A model generated the notes under the pieces. The model was not told the origin of the DNA and did not search any database. It saw only the letters and a list, made by a program, of their open reading frames with translations. Position numbers and translations under genes: made by a program. DNA of 64,000 nucleotides from a virus: IMG/VR virus record IMGVR_UViG_3300012582_000005, positions 1 through 64,000 of that record. One strand, given 5' to 3'. The stretch's first letter is position 1. The number at the start of each line of letters is the position of its first letter. This document shows positions 28,801 to 36,732 of the stretch, one piece after another.

Positions 28801-31800
28801 TTGAATTAGTTGATGTTTTAGAAGGTTTTTATAGTGATGTTCAATATGATGGTACTAGTGGTAATTTAATAGCTGAGTATACAACTAATATTTATTTAGA
28901 AGAAGGTAACTATCCAGTAAATATTACAAGATATAGAGTGGATTATAAAAATTCTGATGTTTATACATTAGAAGATAATACATTAATTGTTGATTATAAT
29001 GTCAATTTAGCATCAACTAATGATGTAAATATGCATACGTTAATGGATAAAAATATCGGAGCAACATCAGGTGGTTTAGTAATTAATTTTAATGGTGATA
29101 ATAGTATTGCAACAGGTGATTTAGTTGATTTGGCATTAAATACTGGTAGTGTAGGTGAAATGACTGTTGATTTAGCATTTAAATATAATACTTTGTTGGA
29201 AGGTGATAGGAGTTCTATATTTGGTTTTCATAATACTGAAACTGTACAAAGAACAGGATTTAAATTATACATTAAAAAAGATGGTGGTATAGATAAAATA
29301 TATTTAGAATATCAAAAAGATAAAGGGGCTGTAACTATAGAGTTAGAACACGGTGGTTTAACTAGCGGAACATGGAATAATATCTCATTATTCGTAAATA
29401 ATAGCACTGCATCATCATCACTTAAATATATTGTTAATTCATATTATAATACCAAAGATATTTCAACATGGGATTCTTTTGTAGATAATGTTAATTATGA
29501 TTTAAATTTAATTGGTCAATGCGTATTTGGATTATCTAATAATATAGTAAGTAATTTCTTAATTGGTCAATTGGATGAAATTAGAATTTGGAATAAAGAT
29601 ATGTATGATTATTTCTTATCTCCACATTTATTTCAAAATAAAAGATTTATAAATGGTTATATACCTCAAATTGTAGCATACTTTAGTGGTGAAAACTATG
29701 ATATTGATAATGCTAAATATTATCCTAAAGAAGAAAATTATTTTGCTTTTGATAATGAATTTAAAAAAGTTGATACTTTGTCATTTACTAAAGTTAATAA
29801 TGCTATCTATGAATTTGATATGTTAACACAAAGTAGAAATGGTGCATTTAAAATTATAGCTATAGAAGAAGAGAGGTTTGTTGAATCGGGAGTATCAGGA
29901 TTTAAATATATTGTTGAATTATTTGGTATTGATAATGATGCGTCATCTTCTGGTAGAAAAGGAACATTTAGTTTTAAATATAAAGAAACCATAGTTTCTG
30001 GAAACAATGTAGTTGCGGGCAGAGAAAATTACTATTCAATTCCTTGTGAAATAGAATATTGGAAATGGCATAATGTAATAATAACCGAAAATGGTATTTA
30101 TATTAATGGTATTGTTATACCAGAATCGAAAATTTCATTTAGAAATAGAGATATATTTAAACAAACAGTTAAAGTTAGAGTATCTTTAGGTGATAGTTCT
30201 TACTCACCCACTTCTAAATATGATACAGTTGCAGCGCTTTATGTAAATGGCGTTCAACCAACATATTTAAGAGGTTTCATAAAGAATGTAAATATATTTG
30301 AAAACAATAATACTAAAGAAGATTATATCATCTATAGAATTATATCACCAGAGGATATAACAAATTTCTCTGTTTCGGAGTCGTTTGGAACTTCTGGTAA
30401 TAGAATTATATCTAATAATATATCAGCATCTACTTCATCATTAATTGAAATACCTTATTTTAATAATGATGGTTCTATGAGTTGGGAACATTATATTTAT
30501 ACAACTGAAAATTATTATAAAAGTTCGGTATCAGGAGATGAAATAATTTATAACAAAGATATTAGAGATAGTGGATCTATTATTTCATCTGACTTTGATG
30601 ATAGTTTAAGATTTATTGATACGGATAAAATTTCAACAGCTTTACCAAGTTCTACTTGGCTAGAAGGAACTGACTTTATAACAGTTGGAAATATGTTAGA
30701 CGATTTCTCAACTGTTTTAACAATATCTAATATGTCAAATTTTGAATTATTTGGTAAGAAATTTGCTGATACTTCGGGTAATGCTAAAATGAGAATATCA
30801 ACAAATGGTATTATGACACTCGTTGATGATCCATTGATTGCTACTCAAAACTACTTCAATGCTTATAGTATGAATGACGTACCATTCGTTGATTATAGAT
30901 ATAAATATATAAGCTCTATTGATATTATATACATGTTGTTTACTGATTTATATCCACCTGCTACTGGTTCTAAATGGGAAATAGCAGATAGAGAAGATGA
31001 AGTTATACTTAGATATTATGTTACTTTATATAATGATAGTTATAATTCAACTGTGGTTAATGGTGTTGTGAGAAACAGTGGTTCGACACCACCATATCCT
31101 ACTATACAATCAAACTTTAATTATTTTGCAATAAGACTTGATAAAATAAATTCAAATATTTTATTTTATAATAGAAGAATTAAAAATGATCCTTCACATC
31201 AAAAAATTCAAGGTATTAGAAGAAGTGATGCTACATGGAATTATGTAAATGATTTAAATAGATTTAGATATTATAAATATAAAAATACAGATAATGATTA
31301 CATAGTAGGATATGATGATAGTATTTTAAATGTTAATCATCCTTCAACTAATACAAATAGTAAAATTGTATATGAAAGTAAGAATACTGAGTATATTCTC
31401 TACGTGCCACGTATTGTAACACATGATGATAATAATTTTATTGGTAAAATAATAACTAAAGACTATGATTATTTGACTTCTAATTTAAATATAAAATTAA
31501 TTACATCATATAATAACAGTAAAGTTGGAAGTGTGATGTATGATTATGTATATGATTCAGCAAGAATAATAAATGATTATTATATAATTAATACAGTTGA
31601 AGGTAATGAAGGTACAGATTTTATTCAATATGGTAGTACAAGCTTTATACCATTGTCTTATACTTTCTCAGAACAATTTAATTTAAATCAATCTGATATT
31701 AATGTTTCAAGAAATTCATTTTTCTACGGTGGTAAATTTAATTCAAAAGTATGGTATAATGGAATTTTAGTGAGTGGAAATATAAATCTTGATGGTATAA

Positions 31801-34460
31801 CAAGTTCTATATGGAAATATGGTATTAAACATAATGGTTCTATATCTTCTGATAAATTATTACCAGTTTATACACATTTACATTGGTTAGGTGGATTCCA
31901 TATTGGTAATCCTACAAGTATTGTTAAAAATATTATTTGGTATCGTGGATACTGGAGAGGTGGTGTATGGAATGGTGGAAACTGGTTATCATTGAGTCTT
32001 AATAATCAATATACTTCTGATGATTGGTCGGTGTGGAATAAAGGTGAGTGGTATTCTAAATTTAATTTTAGAGTAGTTAGAGTTGCTACAACTATAGCAT
32101 TTGCAACAGGATTGCCTATAATTGATGGTGTTCTTGTTAAAGAAGGTGATAAAGTATTAATTAAAAATAATGGTATGTATACAGCAAGTGCTATTAAATG
32201 GATTAAAGACGCATCTATAACTGATTACACAAATACTGTGGTGTTTGTATCTGAAGGAATTATTGAAAAAAGTAATACTTATATTTTCACAAAACCTACA
32301 ATAACAACATTATATACTACACACTATAATCCTTCTATATGGCATGGGGGTACTTGGAATTCTGATTTAATTGGTGATAAAGAATTTACTTATCAAAGTA
32401 ATGAATATAAATTTTATAATTTGAATGATGGTAAACAAATAGAATTACCTGTTGTAAATTCAATTTGGTTAGGTGGTGAATGGTTAAGAGGTGTATGGAA
32501 TGGTGGTATATTTGCTAATGGTACTTGGCACTCTGCATCTGCTGCCACATCTGGTTTAATTGGATATGAAATAGATCTTGGATATAAATATCATAAATCA
32601 TTTTCTTTATGGAATAGTGGTATGATGATAAATTCTATATGGGAGGGTGGTGTAGTAAATTCAAATACTTCTAATTTGGAAACTGTATTTGGTGATATTA
32701 CAAATTTTGATATTATCACACCAGGTAGTGATTTCGTTTGGGATTCAACTAAATTTAAATTTAAATTATCTAATAATTCAACAACGATTTTAGGTAAAAA
32801 AGTATTTGATTTTAATAAAGATACACTAACAGTATCCAATTCTAAAAATAGAGTGTTGAGTCAATTTAATAATGACGGTATATTGTCTGTTTATTGGAAA
32901 AGAGGTGAATGGAGTAATGGTATATTCCAATTCTCATATTGGGATAATAAAAGTATTAATAATGTAGATTTGGGAATTATTTCTGAATCAGGAAATGAAT
33001 CTATGTTTGATAACGGTTGTTTCTATTCATCTTATTGGAAAGGGGGATTATGGAACAATAGATCATCAAATAATACCACAAATTCATCTACGATAATTCC
33101 TAATAGTTTATTCTATCGTTCACAGTGGGAAAAAGGTTATTGGAAGGCTGATGGTTTAACAGGTACTACAGATAACATCGAAATTACTGACGGTATATTT
33201 TCACGTTCTGTTTGGAATGCTGGTGTGTGGGAAGGTGGATTATTTGACTTGTCTGTTTGGAGAAGTGGTGTATCATCAAATACAAATTTAACATACAAAG
33301 GAACAACTTTAGCTCTTACTACAACAATAACTGGTAAAAATTATACATTTGCTGTAAATCATGCTAATATTCCTACAACTATGATAGGTGATCCAACAAC
33401 ATTAACATATAATAATGATAGTACATTTATTACAAATATTGATAATATAATAAGTACTAAGAGTTTGAGATATTTGGGTGGTGTAGACAATCTTGCATCT
33501 GTTTGGGTTAATGGTTGGATGCGTGGCTCTGTGTGGCATGGTGGTGTATGGCAAAGAGGTATGTTTTCACATAAAGAAATAACAAGCATAGATTCATTTG
33601 ATTTCTTTGATGATGGTGAAAATAATAAAATTTCACTTGGTGTGTGGGTTAGAGGATTGTGGCTATCTGGATATTTCTCATACTATAATGATAAGAATGT
33701 TATTGGACAATCACCATCATATGGGACAACATACGAATATTTAAATGAAACGAATGGTCATAGATGTTTATTTATGGGTATTAAAGCAAATGCTTATACT
33801 AGCGAAGGTGATTGGGATTTAGATAATATGTTTGGTATATCTAAAGCTAAATTGGATTTTGAATTAAGTAGTGTAAATTTGGCAATAAATAATATAGCGT
33901 CATTATTTGGTAAAGCAATGATAAAAAGTGGTTCTACTAGATATTTCTCTATTTTCAATGGTACATTCGTTAATGGTGCATTGTTTGATGATAATACCAA
34001 TGTTAATGATTCTAATAGACCAGTATTATCAATATTTGCATCAATTGGTAAATACTTTTATAAAAATAATACAACTGGTGAGATTTCAATCGATGGTGTT
34101 AGTGATAAATTTGTTAATGAAATTAAGGTAACTAAAACAGATAAATTGATGTCGTTGTTTATACCATATGATTTATCATATCCTATTTATAATGATGGTG
34201 GAGTTTGGAAAAATATTACAAGTACCAACGCATCAGTTTTAACATATTTAAATAGTTTCTATAATGGTCATTATGCAGTATCTTCGGTTGACTGGGTTAA
34301 GAGTATATGGAGACATAACCACTCTATAATAGGTGATGGTGGAACTATTCCATCTATATTACAAGGAGTTGGATATAAATGGAATCCTACTCAAACCAAT
34401 GTTGGTGAACCAAATTATTCGGATTTTACATCATTGGAATTAACAATTTACCGACCATAA
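19866..34460 (+). CDS. Giant 4864-aa putative virion (fibre/baseplate-associated?) protein
   Basis: Uninterrupted 14.6-kb ORF. The start must be TTG (in-frame stop at 19848, first Met about aa 605). It contains G-x-[WF]-x-x repeat blocks, an NHL-like motif and a LamG-like domain. Confidence 0.85.
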   Translation: MANSVKLLNYLDPQDNYLRFYTELDSDFEVGDKVFIIGGNYDNTFYTDKTHNGFNPFHQYAAGYVILDVDQTTVSNAITLNIKFSDATFNSGGIQTLIFDPKPVYKTEIELLLEPNQVREAYISKTYFKRGEFNGGKFQDGIFGEYNIKGTHDSNKVYQRQHFVDLLRATSVVANDIVTVNAIDAYDYTTLETPVNNNRTKFNNNFDNTPAEWTGGIFLGGDFQWGEWKSKNSDTKSGKLQKLNDDFGIKNILDNSKYDIETFTDNNNGVGYNQFISGNFARIYSGNLEIDFDVINKEIIFTTVPYVISKAFENGFDIQLKIKSSIKNSRIFDVVYNGSNALVLSEYQIFDNDFTLEQELYSETQAFHDIEIYAKDKVGKPVRFSTGRVLSADWFGGVFEKGSFEGGDWYWGEFKTGTISTSYQTSNWWDGVFNGSVDESYAENLRWYNGNWVNGNWKGDSKISVESIIYDNSGYIKIDVHTRYKHLFKIGEKTFLSYFKKGITNSYLENYTDVINDYVINFQTFNLIDIIEDSANKALFKVTLLLQGNLNPSILKDINLQYAKVSQSHFKKGIWRNGIWESGLREVQNYKITDFDAGTNFLPNKQMQLTINTIDNLKVGDKIEITNFNLVRDIDIEYLEDVVSTNDNRLDQEYFQSLDLTLTVINITSGTAGNNVIVRFPINSTTGDIDLPEISKDNLAWFTDDGLKRIDLINIENGKTELATCLWMNGEFRSGAWRGGLWKNGILSNLLYFDNVNTQIQSVWQSGYWKNGTFTNGAFLSGVWQTGVWKNGIMTNLFENDDINSENIYSDGDSVWIDGIFENGTWRRGLFLEGKFLNGTIINGGINSIEWTKGQYTNGFGEYVKTNNINKTGRFIDSKNEYDTLSAPSLIYIDRDGWTQLDQPSFYQKGYNIIFQDLDLHGNNPFNNQMFSVQNRDMYGSKLKIVDSTSGDNPLLNSLSLPIIATDNIVDIVEMGTSGNIWIADSGNKRILEVNQNTGLVDVLGKVIGDSIKDKFDFSNIKFMFKGTAFVYVVDGSTVKLINEDKDIIITQTPGLALGEEIVDMWVASQNQVLNEVVYLLTNLGKIYYWVPMWSSFKSLIALSYTVDVPVSFVGVRPDQSSRTHLLLNTLNNGISKLKYAVLDYSFSNLTYTMTSIVDTVITFKNDTVEGTDINKIEKVTASYVSGKFNVWLLSSKYDSSVQNIYRAPYDFTLNLFDFDAEKLNSNELDYPVDRFRLGLNSEHLTIIGKKDTYNVFFSKAKIAKSEFGLGNPSSTIKLFDIHQNLTDNVKYWIYDDEPKSKRILYITEGNDPENFYNSELSDTIESDVDVIQLIPGESTNIVYAIIKRSTVTSEEYKIRKVDNSKIDSENSIENDTTFTFSSIYDGVFIKDTLYIIANDGSGVKVFNVDTNLVVSLTTFSTSFSVFTGTGFRMHGVEDGSDIILMIYEKGINKVWEARVNSIITNIFFLSSTLNGVIDIAVAKSPSYVHLYLAYANKVVMSISDKSVAGHYSWTENIKDIVYNGSGIEEIVKTEFNKIVVKYGIDFDIFDIDYTSTDKTIEEAVLNGTNFWAISNNTILKVNNSSTGADTYEVLQGKYRQISRPHVFAASVNNNDNVLGKPKSIIHAPSFGGGSYIYFIDEFSGSSSYNIIRRINTSTNATSIENFGSDKTKYILDLSYDIANNRLYVLYRSGSDTKIGYLSTVDGSITNGNTFVANTTIRKISVMNDSGTIYVAMLYVLLDGTSQIIIYNTFYSIFNTLNIPSIVSDISFIINNSSISNKYQIFFVNADKNLNLFSNNALTGTWTKKSMGLSVNTINEKLDTNDLIYVDGSQTINYIKTTGDTSEDRLSVKDMAFYKLVSPESIFFYNLPQIGSSGITRESIPSNLSDGIDLSLTTQIDNDISVNSSSFKKMVAISSDVVYAMFDNSIYEYNFNAVSLTNLVAPVLEYRNSLDQTPVGINSIYHHKAIDIAVVNGDLITIFEIVDTLNNGTGKYNIFRYIGTDFVNIDYLYYSLTESIAEDGGTNGEVFPMGTGGIKYLFNSVIEPKIAGKTETTDSDTSESIYIYMKESISSSEIFLKVIQKVGIDIIQNSQFADLVFLLNIPGFDSSIETLTTAYITPNPLGGSTPLASTSFVNVYDSVPVSDTQKMYVIFEKPIGQLFQIDTNYTISVKFDSNIATNPPSYTDVYDFRVYKNNSSDELLIRENGTNFPINTVIDVLNNGFWELVRTQEGKWVVDNMDAIISPTLTDGDDLEIRSLIKASNFTVIELDIVITNNNTIQLDLLILPALDKSYHFDSFNGIDRGYKVINTRGNQVLSPYVTGRVLFETIVNTDVSFNANGTAESGHVVSTRWKNGLFIGSWDAPRYLNYNIITKYSVFISGIFEGKFYDGFFLGGTFRNPVNSESILLQGHFMSDGANINWESGKVQSDYRYDIHNIKWDDVNNGILKVLVQGLTYDGDDYIPQTPTQIASGSLVQIPTLFKKNEIAIEKITRGKISIVSGKDEIILKVLAPEYYDEKLWVNNNIFISSSNYTEYLFGEFIVNHSYVSDGFLYLIINSKFNAFDVNGEYEPLIKPKLLIAFYNKIISKTDYTDGFTEFEIALPVPSNIINTLNTYSDKLRLVKSYYINDNIDVLLYGNFVGDFIIPNYLQMFAFTFNKTYNDVILRFNSKATNLYLNNIISDNNTSYVSVDLNTSSASLFAIDVMVKNSYLTSSNVNNWIEESIFLSGKTDRRWVSGAWLNIDDKGFSNGKSQFGDSTIMPLFDGEPTKVIDIAFESREYIWIQLENLIQNVDKHRYITLRGFTGNKSNLIGSTRSKVFRIEEVDSYWIKIKNPFKYYYGLNSTNSSPYLKDFNVDELQIQKQTMSLKALTTSSIDAKIDTGGTNFIFEYGWASVSSWNGGDFYGDFNSIWNAGNFRDGNFNGKWFGSPESSNWQGEIQLNRDDLGNKFLLTIRGLNGIVREKDLIYIKFNSIFNNIELVDVLEGFYSDVQYDGTSGNLIAEYTTNIYLEEGNYPVNITRYRVDYKNSDVYTLEDNTLIVDYNVNLASTNDVNMHTLMDKNIGATSGGLVINFNGDNSIATGDLVDLALNTGSVGEMTVDLAFKYNTLLEGDRSSIFGFHNTETVQRTGFKLYIKKDGGIDKIYLEYQKDKGAVTIELEHGGLTSGTWNNISLFVNNSTASSSLKYIVNSYYNTKDISTWDSFVDNVNYDLNLIGQCVFGLSNNIVSNFLIGQLDEIRIWNKDMYDYFLSPHLFQNKRFINGYIPQIVAYFSGENYDIDNAKYYPKEENYFAFDNEFKKVDTLSFTKVNNAIYEFDMLTQSRNGAFKIIAIEEERFVESGVSGFKYIVELFGIDNDASSSGRKGTFSFKYKETIVSGNNVVAGRENYYSIPCEIEYWKWHNVIITENGIYINGIVIPESKISFRNRDIFKQTVKVRVSLGDSSYSPTSKYDTVAALYVNGVQPTYLRGFIKNVNIFENNNTKEDYIIYRIISPEDITNFSVSESFGTSGNRIISNNISASTSSLIEIPYFNNDGSMSWEHYIYTTENYYKSSVSGDEIIYNKDIRDSGSIISSDFDDSLRFIDTDKISTALPSSTWLEGTDFITVGNMLDDFSTVLTISNMSNFELFGKKFADTSGNAKMRISTNGIMTLVDDPLIATQNYFNAYSMNDVPFVDYRYKYISSIDIIYMLFTDLYPPATGSKWEIADREDEVILRYYVTLYNDSYNSTVVNGVVRNSGSTPPYPTIQSNFNYFAIRLDKINSNILFYNRRIKNDPSHQKIQGIRRSDATWNYVNDLNRFRYYKYKNTDNDYIVGYDDSILNVNHPSTNTNSKIVYESKNTEYILYVPRIVTHDDNNFIGKIITKDYDYLTSNLNIKLITSYNNSKVGSVMYDYVYDSARIINDYYIINTVEGNEGTDFIQYGSTSFIPLSYTFSEQFNLNQSDINVSRNSFFYGGKFNSKVWYNGILVSGNINLDGITSSIWKYGIKHNGSISSDKLLPVYTHLHWLGGFHIGNPTSIVKNIIWYRGYWRGGVWNGGNWLSLSLNNQYTSDDWSVWNKGEWYSKFNFRVVRVATTIAFATGLPIIDGVLVKEGDKVLIKNNGMYTASAIKWIKDASITDYTNTVVFVSEGIIEKSNTYIFTKPTITTLYTTHYNPSIWHGGTWNSDLIGDKEFTYQSNEYKFYNLNDGKQIELPVVNSIWLGGEWLRGVWNGGIFANGTWHSASAATSGLIGYEIDLGYKYHKSFSLWNSGMMINSIWEGGVVNSNTSNLETVFGDITNFDIITPGSDFVWDSTKFKFKLSNNSTTILGKKVFDFNKDTLTVSNSKNRVLSQFNNDGILSVYWKRGEWSNGIFQFSYWDNKSINNVDLGIISESGNESMFDNGCFYSSYWKGGLWNNRSSNNTTNSSTIIPNSLFYRSQWEKGYWKADGLTGTTDNIEITDGIFSRSVWNAGVWEGGLFDLSVWRSGVSSNTNLTYKGTTLALTTTITGKNYTFAVNHANIPTTMIGDPTTLTYNNDSTFITNIDNIISTKSLRYLGGVDNLASVWVNGWMRGSVWHGGVWQRGMFSHKEITSIDSFDFFDDGENNKISLGVWVRGLWLSGYFSYYNDKNVIGQSPSYGTTYEYLNETNGHRCLFMGIKANAYTSEGDWDLDNMFGISKAKLDFELSSVNLAINNIASLFGKAMIKSGSTRYFSIFNGTFVNGALFDDNTNVNDSNRPVLSIFASIGKYFYKNNTTGEISIDGVSDKFVNEIKVTKTDKLMSLFIPYDLSYPIYNDGGVWKNITSTNASVLTYLNSFYNGHYAVSSVDWVKSIWRHNHSIIGDGGTIPSILQGVGYKWNPTQTNVGEPNYSDFTSLELTIYRP
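21040..22450 (+). repeat. N-terminal cluster of Trp/Phe-centred five-residue peptide repeats (coding)
   Basis: Examples are WFGGVFEKGSFEGGDWYWGEFKTG, WYNGNWVNGNWKG and GYWKN GTFTN GAFLS GVWQT GVWKN GIMTN. Confidence 0.6.
22800..22847 (+). other. NHL-repeat-like motif inside the giant ORF
   Basis: GNIWIADSGNKRILEV matches the NHL core (iyVaDsgNhRI). Confidence 0.45.
29115..29600 (+). other. LamG/concanavalin-A-like lectin domain inside the giant ORF
   Basis: The segment ...TWNNISLFVN...LIGQLDEIRIWNKD has the typical Laminin_G_3 ending (dEvRiwn). Confidence 0.5.
31720..33690 (+). repeat. C-terminal cluster of Trp/Phe-centred five-residue peptide repeats (coding)
   Basis: Examples are IIWYRGYWRGGVWNGGNW, SIWLGGEWLRGVWNGGIFANGTW, SVWNAGVWEGGLF and SVWVNGWMRGSVWHGGVWQRGMF. 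Confidence 0.6.
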
Positions 34461-34471
34461 AATATATAAAT
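34459..34471 (+). promoter_or_regulatory. Late-promoter-like element
   Basis: AAAATATATAAAT lies 5 nt before ATG 34477. Confidence 0.3.
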
Positions 34472-34476
34472 AGGAT

Positions 34477-36258
34477 ATGAATAAAGGGATAATTAGAAGT
34501 TCAGAAAATATTAATGAAATTGCAGATTTCATTCTATCGAAATGGGATGTTAGATATAATAGTAAAACTTATCTTGATGTGGAATTAATTTTTAATTCTA
34601 ATTTAGATAGTATTTTTGCTGATTATAATTATATTAATTCTACATCTGGTTATAATGCTTTAAATGTTTATATAAGAGAAGCTACTAATATTAGTGCAAC
34701 AGAAATTCAATTAATTAAAAATGGAAATACATATTCTACATCTAATGTAAATGGTGATGTTGCAAATACATATACTATTAGCTCTGCTAAAAATAGTTTG
34801 AGATTTAATTATAGCCCGTCAACTTTTTTAACAGAAATTGCATATACTATTATAATTAGATTAAATGAAGGTATTATTGATTTTGAAAGAGATTTTACAT
34901 TCAACATTTCAAATTCATATTATGCTGATGCTAATGGTAAAAAAACTTTTACTATATCACCAATAACAATACCAACACCATCTAATAGTACATTAGATAT
35001 TAGTTTAGCATCATCATCAATACCCGTAAAATTACATGCTTATGCTATACAATCAGATGATACCATTAAATTTACTATACAAAATAAAACTGATGGTATT
35101 ATAAGTAGTGGTTCACCAACAACAATAAATAATTCGAGTGGAAGCCCTATTTATACAACTACACCAACACATTATGGATATACTTATGATTCAACTGCTA
35201 ATTTTCCATTTACTATTTCACCATTAGCACAAAAACCAATTTTTACTATAGACTCAAGTAAAAAACTTAAAGTGTATGTTATAAAAACATCAGAATCATT
35301 TAATATTAATTATACATATTTAACATGTCATTCTAATATTAATATAGATTCAACAAATTTAGCAGAGTATCAATCTACATCAGGATCGTATACTGTATAC
35401 ATACCTGTTATGAATGATGTTAATGATACAATGAGTGTAATATTTAAAGATAGCGGAAATGTGTCGAATAAACTTTCAAGCAATAGCGGAAGTTTTAATG
35501 CTACAGTTATTACATCCCCAATTACAATGACAAGTGGTACATTCACATTTACTGTTAATTATGATTTAGTTCCATTAGCAACTAATGGTTCTGCGTGGGG
35601 TGTTATTGAAATAAAAAATTCAACTAATGATATTATACTTACAAAACCATTGAATTATACTGTAGCACAAAACACTACACCCATAGTTAATACATTCACT
35701 GTTTCATCACCTGTTTATAATAGTACATATTTTAGTGGAGATTTAGTAACTTTTACATCAACTGCAACAGATGTTGATGGTACAATTTCATCAATAAAGT
35801 TATATAAGGGTGGTATTTATACTGGTGATTCTGATAATACTTCACCATATCAAATAGTTCACACTTTACCATCAGCAGGAACATATTCATATACAGCAAG
35901 AGCGGTTGATAATTTGGGTGAAGAAGGAATTAATTATTCACCACCAATATCAATAACTACAGTAACTAATTTACCACCTAATTCGGCAGTAATGTCAGAT
36001 CCATCAGGTGCAGGAACATGGGGTTCTGCTGGACAATCACTTACGTTTTCAGCTACGGCTACGGATATTGATGATGGTATTAATTATGTCGAATTCTTTG
36101 TAGATAGTATTTCTATAGGAAATGGTGTTTATTTATCTGGTAGTACTTATACAAAAGGTTGGATAGGTATTATAGGAGTACATACTGTAAAAATAACTGT
36201 GTATGATAATCACGGGTTATTTTTAATGAGTTCAACTGTTAGTTTTACTATAACATAA
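34477..36258 (+). CDS. Putative fibre/adhesin protein with two C-terminal Ig-like domains
   Basis: The tandem blocks ...GDLVTFTSTATDVDGTISSIKLY...YSYTARAVDNLG and ...GQSLTFSATATDIDDGINYVEFF...HTVKITVYDNHG are bacterial Ig-like repeats. Confidence 0.6.
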   Translation: MNKGIIRSSENINEIADFILSKWDVRYNSKTYLDVELIFNSNLDSIFADYNYINSTSGYNALNVYIREATNISATEIQLIKNGNTYSTSNVNGDVANTYTISSAKNSLRFNYSPSTFLTEIAYTIIIRLNEGIIDFERDFTFNISNSYYADANGKKTFTISPITIPTPSNSTLDISLASSSIPVKLHAYAIQSDDTIKFTIQNKTDGIISSGSPTTINNSSGSPIYTTTPTHYGYTYDSTANFPFTISPLAQKPIFTIDSSKKLKVYVIKTSESFNINYTYLTCHSNINIDSTNLAEYQSTSGSYTVYIPVMNDVNDTMSVIFKDSGNVSNKLSSNSGSFNATVITSPITMTSGTFTFTVNYDLVPLATNGSAWGVIEIKNSTNDIILTKPLNYTVAQNTTPIVNTFTVSSPVYNSTYFSGDLVTFTSTATDVDGTISSIKLYKGGIYTGDSDNTSPYQIVHTLPSAGTYSYTARAVDNLGEEGINYSPPISITTVTNLPPNSAVMSDPSGAGTWGSAGQSLTFSATATDIDDGINYVEFFVDSISIGNGVYLSGSTYTKGWIGIIGVHTVKITVYDNHGLFLMSSTVSFTIT

Positions 36259-36260
36259 TA

Positions 36261-36722
36261 TTATTCATCTTCAGACTTTGATGGAAGTTCGGTGGGTTTC
36301 TTTTTATTATTTTTAAGAAATGTGAATACTTTCTTATCTTTTAAATCGTCAATAACTATATTGAATTTATCAGGAAGTATATTTATTTGTCCGCCACTGA
36401 GTTTGTGTAATAAAAATGAAATTAATGTATAACTAGTTAATACACCTGGTATAGGCATAAGCAATAGTGCAACAAATGGCATTATTTTAGGTACATTCTT
36501 CAATTGTTTTAAAGCTTCTTTAACTTCTTCCGTTGTTGGAATATCTTGTCTATGATTTATATTTAATTTTTCCATTAATAAAATAGAAAAGATATTCATC
36601 ATATCCTTAAAGTCTTTTCCTTCTAAGTAGAATGCTTTCACCAATGGAAAATTCATAAACCATTCAGTAGCATCTTTGAATGTCCATTTTTTTATTCGAT
36701 TCTTATTTTCTTTTAATTTCAC
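36261..36722 (-). CDS. Hypothetical membrane protein
   Basis: 153-aa ORF with a GTG start and the hydrophobic segment MPFVALLLMPIPGVLTSYTLISFLL. TTAATATATAAAAA lies just upstream. Confidence 0.45.
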   Translation of the reverse strand: MKLKENKNRIKKWTFKDATEWFMNFPLVKAFYLEGKDFKDMMNIFSILLMEKLNINHRQDIPTTEEVKEALKQLKNVPKIMPFVALLLMPIPGVLTSYTLISFLLHKLSGGQINILPDKFNIVIDDLKDKKVFTFLKNNKKKPTELPSKSEDE

Positions 36723-36732
36723 TTTTTATATA

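Noticed and set aside
26369-34131. Other ORF-track entries nested in the giant gene: 26369-26587, 27812-28189, 28495-28692, 28580-28801, 29807-30007, 32591-32839, 33359-33589, 33794-34000 and 33928-34131.
   Set aside because: All are short, antisense or off-frame, without motifs or upstream signals. This is the expected noise in a long AT-rich ORF.
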